DNA of 63,196 nucleotides, filler included, from Welwitschia mirabilis (Eukaryota), in assembly GCA_051453625.1 (NCBI GenBank). It is 5 parts of one record of this genome, joined end to end, with 100 filler letters (N's around TTAATTAATTAA, not from the genome) between each part and the next. Parts side by side here need not be neighbours in the genome. Positions count along the whole stretch, not along the records: positions 54,134 to 59,978 come from JBOZIK010000001.1; positions 60,079 to 63,196 come from JBOZIK010000001.1; 3 more parts are not named here. One strand, written 5' to 3'. Below, piece after piece: positions 54,630 to 63,196 of this stretch. The translations under genes and the position numbers were made by a program. Position 1 is the stretch's first letter. Every line of letters begins with the position of its first letter. The notes below the pieces were generated by a model, which worked only from the letters and a program-made list of their open reading frames with translations, searched no databases and was not told where the DNA came from.

Positions 54630-54663
<34 letters not shown>

Positions 54664-55981
54664 TAGGCTTAGTAAGAGTAACATAATAATTACAATCTTA
54701 TAATGAAAATCAAAAGAAAAACCAAAAATAGATGTTATGATAAAGTTGAACTTGGTTAAGGGAGGACGAAGATGAAGTAACTCTAGAGGCCTAACTTGAA
54801 TTGTTTAACTTATGAAACTTTCGCTTTGATAATGTTCTATAATTTTTCTAAAACATAAGCTCAATATAGTCTCACCTAAAAGTTAGCAATATCATGGTAA
54901 TGTGTACTAGTAATAAAAGAATGAACAACTACTCTAATATTCAAATAAGAATTAATATCACTTAAAGATTACTAGTATCATGTTAATGTGCACTAGTAAT
55001 GAAATAATGAATAACTTGTTTTTATATTGAAAAAATACACTACATTAAAGGATCAAAGAAAAGTAGGTATAGACTCCTAGCTCACTTCTAAAGGAGGAGT
55101 TTAGAATGCCATGTGAACTTGATGCTTTAAGATTCCACTAATTTTCCACTGGCTAAATTTGTTTACAGATGAGGGTTCAAGGTTCTTTTATAGGCAAGGG
55201 TAGGGTTGAGGTGATTAATAGTCTTTGACTTGTAGTGGTAGGTAAAGTGAATGAACTCCATCTTATAGGATTAGGTAGAATTTTCATCATTTAGCATTAA
55301 GTAGATAAGATTCTATCTTGTAATTTTTGATAGAGGTTATCATATGGTATTAGGTAGACAAGATTATATCCTGTGTATTAGGTAACATCTTTATCATTTA
55401 GTATTGGGTATAATTTATCTTATAGCATTTGATGGAGGTTATCCTATAGTATTAGTTGAAATCTTTATCATGATAAGTACAACATGTGGCCTTTAGAGCA
55501 GGATTCCTCTACCAACTAGTGCTATTACTACATGTCTACAATGCCACCTCCACATGCCTCTGTCACATGTCTTACAATGTTATTACTATGTATCACAANN
55601 NNNNNNNNNNNNNNNNNNNNNNNNNNNNNNNNNNNNNNNNNNNNNNNNNNNNNNNNNNNNNNNNNNNNNNNNNNNNNNNNNNNNNNNNNNNNNNNNNNCA
55701 CCTCCACATGCCTCTGTCACATGTCTTACAATGTTATTACTATGTATCACAACCCCATATCTCCATTGCTACCATTGTTTTATGAAAAACTACGTTAATA
55801 TTCCACCATGTATTCCAAAACATGGCTAAGGATCTACAATTATTATGGATACAAGCATTAAATTCATTTTTGTTTAAAAAATAATAAAAGACATATGAGT
55901 GAAATGATTAAATTAATATATTTGTTAATAATAAATTAGCCTAAACCACATAATACAAATGTTATTTTTTACATGTTAACA
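54134..55981 (-). mobile_element. 5' end of an Athila-type element: 5' LTR (~54490-55981), PBS (54467-54487) and leader, cut by a scaffold join
   Basis: The minus strand starts TGTTAACATGTAAAAAATAACATTT and is homologous to 5469-6440 and 58402-59930. PBS TTTTGGCATCATTATTAGGGA. The leader motif is shared with 19145 and 26982. Confidence 0.75.
54630..54662. repeat. (GT)n microsatellite inside the LTR
   Basis: Perfect GT run at the gap edge. Confidence 0.95.
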
Positions 55982-58401
55982 CTATTATTAGTTCACATAT
56001 CACTACATATTGTATTTTTATGATCAATTTAAATGTTCTACTATTAATGATCAATGTACACTCTTCTTGTGAGATCTTTCCATAGCTTTTAAGACCTTCT
56101 AGATCTTTCAATTAGCATCATAGCCTCCTATTTTATTGGTTTAATAGCTAAGAATAGGAAAAATATAAGCCCCATCGATAATCCATGACTTCCTTATCTA
56201 CAACTACATCACTTAAATAAAACTGCTAGATCTAGGATGAGGCATGATAATGAAACCCTTACTTACACTCTTTTTCACGATGTAGGTCACTGAAATTATT
56301 CCAAAAATGGAAGTAGAAGTGATTTGAAATATTGATCCATCTAATAAGTCATCCATTATTACTGTACTTTGGGAGGATATGAAACTATTTTTCAAATGTT
56401 GTAAATAAGAAGCAATTTGCCTTTGAGTATATAATCTAGAAATAATATCATCTAATAATTTAAAATCATGCAATTTTCTATGATAGTGAAGTCATGGATC
56501 ATCATCGAATTATTTACATATATCACAATACTNNNNNNNNNNNNNNNNNNNNNNNNNNNNNNNNNNNNNNNNNNNNNNNNNNNNNNNNNNNNNNNNNNNN
56601 NNNNNNNNNNNNNNNNNNNNNNNNNNNNNNNNNNNNNNNNNNNNNNNNNNNNNNNNNNNNNNNNNNNNNNNNNNNNNNNNNNNNNNNNNNNNNNNNNNNN
56701 NNNNNNNNNNNNNNNNNNNNNNNNNNNNNNNNNNNNNNNNNNNNNNNNNNNNNNNNNNNNNNNNNNNNNNNNNNNNNNNNNNNNNNNNNNNNNNNNNNNN
56801 NNNNNNNNNNNNNNNNNNNNNNNNNNNNNNNNNNNNNNNNNNNNNNNNNNNNNNNNNNNNNNNNNNNNNNNNNNNNNNNNNNNNNNNNNNNNNNNNNNNN
56901 NNNNNNNNNNNNNNNNNNNNNNNNNNNNNNNNNNNNNNNNNNNNNNNNNNNNNNNNNNNNNNNNNNNNNNNNNNNNNNNNNNNNNNNNNNNNNNNNNNNN
57001 NNNNNNNNNNNNNNNNNNNNNNNNNNNNNNNNNNNNNNNNNNNNNNNNNNNNNNNNNNNNNNNNNNNNNNNNNNNNNNNNNNNNNNNNNNNNNNNNNNNN
57101 NNNNNNNNNNNNNNNNNNNNNNNNNNNNNNNNNNNNNNNNNNNNNNNNNNNNNNNNNNNNNNNNNNNNNNNNNNNNNNNNNNNNNNNNNNNNNNNNNNNN
57201 NNNNNNNNNNNNNNNNNNNNNNNNNNNNNNNNNNNNNNNNNNNNNNNNNNNNNNNNNNNNNNNNNNNNATAATGTATGGTTGCTATGCTACTTGGATGTG
57301 TGTAGAGTGACTTTTCAGTCTAATTCTCTAATGACTAACATCATCATGTACTTGCATTTCTTTGATAAAAATATTGATTATGCTAATTTTCATCTAGAAA
57401 TTCATGGATATACTATTAATATTAATGGTAAAGGCCACATGGAGCATCATTTTTTGCATCATTATAGAACACAAAGAATGTTGTAAGTCTAAAGGGGTTA
57501 TGGAGGAAGCAATCCTATATATGTCTAAGTTCCCTATTGTCAGTGTTTAGGTGCTTAATATGATTTATTTTAAAAGAAAAGTTTATTANNNNNNNNNNNN
57601 NNAGAGGGATAAATTTCAAGAAAAGCCTTTTAAAAGGATTATTATTTAAGAAGGGCATCAATATTATTTTGAGATATTTATGATTGTAAAAGATGTTTTA
57701 GAATGGAATAACAGACCTTATTATTGTCAGATGAGTTTCACTTATATGAATTGGATGTATCCCATAGTAGTGGTAAGTACATATGATGTTGGATTAGTTC
57801 CATTTGTGATTTGAGATGGTTTCATATATAGTTGGAATTTGTCTTCTTGGTTTAGCAGTATCTAATTTTTTAAGTAAGGTATACATATTACTTAAAGAGA
57901 CTCAGATGATGTCTTCCTTGAAGTTGCATAGGATGAAGGGTGCATATTCATCCCAGAAGACTACTTGAAGGAAATGTTTCAAGTTGCATATTTTGAGGAT
58001 TCTATTATTAGTATTATGTTTCAGTGCTTTTGTCAATTTTAATGCTTCTATTATCAATCTTGTATTTTAATGCTTCCATCAATGTTAATGCTTTCATCAT
58101 CAACTTTAGCGATTTAATGCTTTTATAATTAGTTTAAGTTAGTTAATGTTAATTATTCATGTTGTTATGGAATTGATATTAAAGGAGGATTTATTGAATA
58201 TTTTTATATGTTTTTTACATTAAATAAAAGGGCATAATGTCTATATCCACATCCCTTATGTATTTCTTAATTTTTTATATCTCCTTTCCCATGTGTGTTA
58301 TCCAACCTCTATTATTTTGATGTTGTTAAAACCATCTCAATATTTCTATTTCATTTCCCTTCTATATTAGGCCATTCCTAGTCCATGTATCATTATATAT
58401 T

Positions 58402-59930
58402 TCTTGACTTACAAAAATTGACATTTAAATCAAGTGTTTTAGGCTAATTTATTATAAATAAAAACATTAATTTAATTATTTTATTTATAAAATATATCTT
58501 TTCTTATTTTTAAAAATGACACTTAATTTTATTATTTTCTTCATAATATTTATAGGTCTTTAACCATGCTGTGAAATACATGATGGAAGATGAACACAAT
58601 TTTGCATAAAAAATGATGGTAATGGAGACATGAGGTGGTGACATATAGTAGTAGCATTCAAAGATATGTGATAGAGGCATGTGGAGATGGCAGTGGAGAC
58701 ATGTGGTAATAGCACTAGTTGGTAGAGGAGCTCCAAAGACCATATGATAGACTCATTCTGATGAAAAATCTACCTTCTATTATATAACAATCTTTACAAA
58801 ATGTNNNNNNNNNNNNNNNNNNNNNNNNNNNNNNNNNNNNNNNNNNNNNNNNNNNNNNNNNNNNNNNNNNNNNNNNNNNNNNNNNNNNNNNNNNNNNNNN
58901 NNNNNNNNNNNNNNNNNNNNNNNNNNNNNNNNNNNNNNNNNNNNNNNNNNNNNNNNNNNNNNNNNNNNNNNNNNNNNNNNNNNNNNNNNNNNNNNNNNNN
59001 NNNNNNNNNNNNNNNNNNNNNNNNNNNNNNNNNNNNNNNNNNNNNNNNNNNNNNNNNNNNNNNNNNNNNNNNNNNNNNNNNNNNNNNNNNNNNNNNNNNN
59101 NNNNNNNNNNNNNNNNNNNNNNNNNNNNNNNNNNNNNNNNNNNNNNNNNNNNNNNNNNNNNNNNNNNNNNNNNNNNNNNNNNNNNNNNNNNNNNNNNNNN
59201 NNNNNNNNNNNNNNNNNNNNNNNNNNNNNNNNNNNNNNNNNNNNNNNNNNNNNNNNNNNNNNNNNNNNNNNNNNNNNNNNNNNNNNNNNNNNNNNNNNNN
59301 NNNNNNNNNNNNNNNNNNNNNNNNNNNNNNNNNNNNNNNNNNNNNNNNNNNNNNNNNNNNNNNNNNNNNNNNNNNNNNNNNNNNNNNNNNNNNNNNNNNN
59401 NNNNNNNNNNNNNNNNNNNNNNNNNNNNNNNNNNNNNNNNNNNNNNNNNNNNNNNNNNNNNNNNNNNNNNNNNNNNNNNNNNNNNNNNNNNNNNNNNNNN
59501 NNNNNNNNNNNNNNNNNNNNNNNNNNNNNNNNNNNNNNNNNNNNNNNNNNNNNNNNAAATGTTAAATATTCTACGTAATGCTATAAGACAAAATCTTATC
59601 TACCTAATGCTATGACATAACCTCCATCAAATGCTATAAGATAGAATCTTATCTACCAAATGTAAATGATGAAGACTATACCTAATACTATAAACCAAAT
59701 GATCTCCATCACCTCAACCCTGCCCTTACCTATAAAAGGGCCTTAAGCCCTCATTTGTAAACATATTTTATTTTGATGAATTAGTAGAGTCCTTGGAGTG
59801 GTATGTCAACATGACCTTCTCAGAACTTTCTTTAGGAGTAATCTTATTTCAAGGATGGATTGAGGAGTCCTTATCCATTGATATAATGTGTATTTTTGAT
59901 TTAGTATAAGTAGTTTTTTTTTTTATTTCA
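58402..59930 (+). repeat. Athila-type LTR copy (same family as 5469 and 54490-55981), gapped and incomplete
   Basis: AAAAATTGACATTT start, alignment to 5469-5870, a CTACCTAATGCTA subrepeat array at 59560-59700, and TATAAAA at 59731. Confidence 0.75.
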
Positions 59931-60449
59931 ATTTGTAAACAACTTTGCACTTATAATGCATAAGCAAAAACTTGATTANNNNNNNNNNNNNNNNNNNNNN
60001 NNNNNNNNNNNNNNNNNNNNNNTTAATTAATTAANNNNNNNNNNNNNNNNNNNNNNNNNNNNNNNNNNNNNNNNNNNNGGAGATGGGAATGAGGTCCAAG
60101 ATAGAACTACATGTGGTCTGATCTCCTTTGGATAAGGATATGTAGGCATGGTTGCTTGGCTATGGATGCAACCAACCATTTGACCATAACTCACATAACT
60201 CACTAGTGTATTCTTAAATGAGGTTCCTAAATAAACATAAGATGGAATGTGATGATTAGGCGAGCTATCCTCATATAGTTCTCCTCAGGTGTATCCTGTG
60301 GGTAATTGAAAGGCGAATACCTTAGTCTCAAACTAATTGATCCACTACAATAACTGATCATGTCTTGTAAGCTAATTTTATTTTGTTAAAAAAAAAATTT
60401 CCATGATTTTGTGCTTTTTAAGTCCAGCCTAAATGCGGGTTGTGACAGT

Positions 60450-60461
60450 TGGTATCAGAGC
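60450..60461 (+). promoter_or_regulatory. Primer-binding site complementary to initiator Met-tRNA 3' end
   Basis: Exact TGGTATCAGAGC, 2 nt after an LTR-terminal CA. Confidence 0.9.
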
Positions 60462-60549
60462 TTAGGTTTGGATCCATTCCTTAATTAACTTGTTATGGTT
60501 ATTATGAAACTAATAATGGCTTAAGAAGTTACCGAGGCAGAAACCTCTT

Positions 60550-60562
60550 AAGGGGGAGAGGA
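60550..60562 (+). promoter_or_regulatory. Polypurine tract
   Basis: AAGGGGGAGAGGA directly before TGTAATACCCC, the typical Tekay/Del junction. Confidence 0.85.
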
Positions 60563-61919
60563 TGTAATACCCCAAATTTTAATATAATAATTAGATCTCT
60601 AATCTTTTGAATTTCCCTTGTTTAGACATTGTTAGATTATGAATCCATAATGTTTCAAGAAATGTTACTAGATAAAAACATATAAAGGAAATATGAAAGC
60701 ATGAATAAGGTAATGGTAAAAGTGAAATTAAAAATAATAATAATAATAAATATTAGTAAAATATATATTATATATAATTGCTAGAGGAAGTATCTATCTA
60801 TATATATATATGGAGACATATATATATATAATAAAATAAAGTTTAAAGTATATATTATATATATAGAATAAATAATAAACATGCAATTATCTAAGTAAAT
60901 ATTGGATGGTATGAATAATAAGTAGATAGGAACGTAAAAGAAAATATAGAAGTAATAGTGTAAAGGAAATGGAGAGATGAATAGGAAGTAAATAATGAAT
61001 AGGAAGGGTGATTTATATTAAAAGGGTAATTTTGTCATCATGTTTGAGAAGCTAATGTAATCAATAAATTCCCTTGAGTTTAAAAAGTGTTTTCCAAGTA
61101 ATACTAGGAAGGCATAATTGAATCCATTAAATGAAAGTATCAAATGATATTAATACAGCCTTTGGCATAGCAGGGAATTTGGTAGAGAAGTAAAAACAGT
61201 GTCTAAGGTGGAGGGGGAAACGTATTAATATTGGTTGATGACTGAGAGCAGTGGGAAGGTCTTTTATTAAGTCTCTCTTTAGTTTCCGGAATGTTCCCTT
61301 TAACGATGACCTCATCTCCACCATTTCTTCTCCCTCACACAAATATTACTGCTCTGCGTTTCCCTTCTGGACATTCAATCAGAGAAATGACTACATTTGC
61401 AGACTTGTTTTCATACTTTCTTTGCACTCTTCTGATTGCTTATTTTCGATTTTGATTAACTATAAGAGGATGGCATTCAAGCTCTCACAAATTCTGATCT
61501 CGAAACCCAATTCTTCAAACATTTTATACACTTTCCTTTGGCATTGCCATGGTGAAAACTATTAGTGAGCTTGAAGTTCCAAGACCTGCGAGCACTTTTC
61601 CAGCTTTTTCTTGTCTGTGCGCAAGATCTGCATAGAGCTTTTAAGGACTATTATAGTGTGTTTTTCCCACTTAAAATATTGCCATCTGCCAGGAAACATA
61701 AGGCATGGATTTCTAATTGAAGAATCTTCACGCTATGGTTTTTGTTATTTCTCAGCTATGGATTCCATTATGAGATCACAGTGGTAGATAATATGCAATT
61801 TTATTCACTATTTCATTAAAGAGATAAGGGGTGGTGCTAGCGACGGGAGGAAGAGCTGCTAAGGAGAGAATGTGTGGAGAGTTGCGAATCAACCCGCCAG
61901 AAGAATAGGTGGAATATTT

Positions 61920-62554
<635 letters not shown>

Positions 62555-62555
62555 T

Positions 62556-63196
62556 ACAATATATAATGCTTTATATATTGTATTATGCAATATTTTATAT
62601 TATAATATTATATTATATTACATGTAAAATTACATTGTTTTCATATATACTATATTGCATAATATGTCATAACATATTATGCAAGTCATATCTTACATTA
62701 GGTTATACAACATTATCTTAGATTATATATAATGATACATATGTTGCCTATATATTATATTATATGATATGATTATTATAGTATATTTTATTATATGCAT
62801 TATATTATACCAACATCATATTATGTTATAAAATATTATATTATATAAGGTAATGCATATTATACTATATCATATTTCATTGTGTTGCCTTCTATTATGT
62901 TATAATATATGGCATTGTACTTGTATTATGTCGCATAAACATTACATCATACCACATTATGTTGTATTATATTACCTTATATTATAGTATGCTATACGAT
63001 AATGTCATATCATAATATGCCATATTCTATTGTATTTAATTAAGCTATCTTCTATATATAATGTTACATACCTTAGGCTAATCATGTTGTAATCACATTA
63101 TATTACGTGATACTATCCTTCATGCATATTGTACTAATTCTCATGTATATTATATTACATATTATGTCATAATACGTTATTCCACAGGTATATTAC
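62556..63196. repeat. Low-complexity AT-rich (ATATT/CATAT-type) degenerate repeat
   Basis: Very AT-rich 5-mer-like reiterations starting abruptly at the CDC48 fragment boundary. Confidence 0.8.

Noticed and set aside
55545-55752. Identical 54-nt direct repeat around a 100-N gap
   Set aside because: Unmerged contig overlap.
55990-58400. Possible copia remnant (PPT-like AAAGGAGGA at ~58181 followed by a decayed LTR start)
   Set aside because: The motifs are too degenerate and interrupted by gaps to call with confidence.
61500-61600. PPR-like reading SWNFKLTNSFHHGNAK...KMFEEL on the minus strand
   Set aside because: It needs a frameshift and is a single weak motif; there is not enough evidence for a PPR fragment.

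Overview
AT-rich, CpG-depleted, repeat-dense plant nuclear DNA from a gapped draft assembly. Four artificial 100-nt N/TTAATTAATTAA/N joins split the window into five pieces. There is one intact host gene: a two-exon receptor-like cytoplasmic kinase (At1g33260/STRK1-like) on the minus strand at 33668-34851, in a small CpG-rich island. The left ~29 kb is a nested stack of decayed Athila-type Ty3/gypsy elements. An autonomous gag-pol copy is split by two pol-less elements with paired LTRs and by a Sirevirus-like solo LTR, and one of the pol-less elements carries a further solo LTR. Elsewhere there is a CACTA end, a decayed RTE-like LINE, a decayed env-like retroelement accessory ORF and more Athila-type LTRs. 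The most unusual structure is at the right end: a Tekay/Del-like LTR-PBS-PPT-LTR unit with only 115 bp of internal sequence. It is followed, apparently inside the downstream LTR, by an antisense intron-containing CDC48 pseudogene fragment that the ORF track misses. All calls were made by eye from motifs and manual translation; no searches were run.
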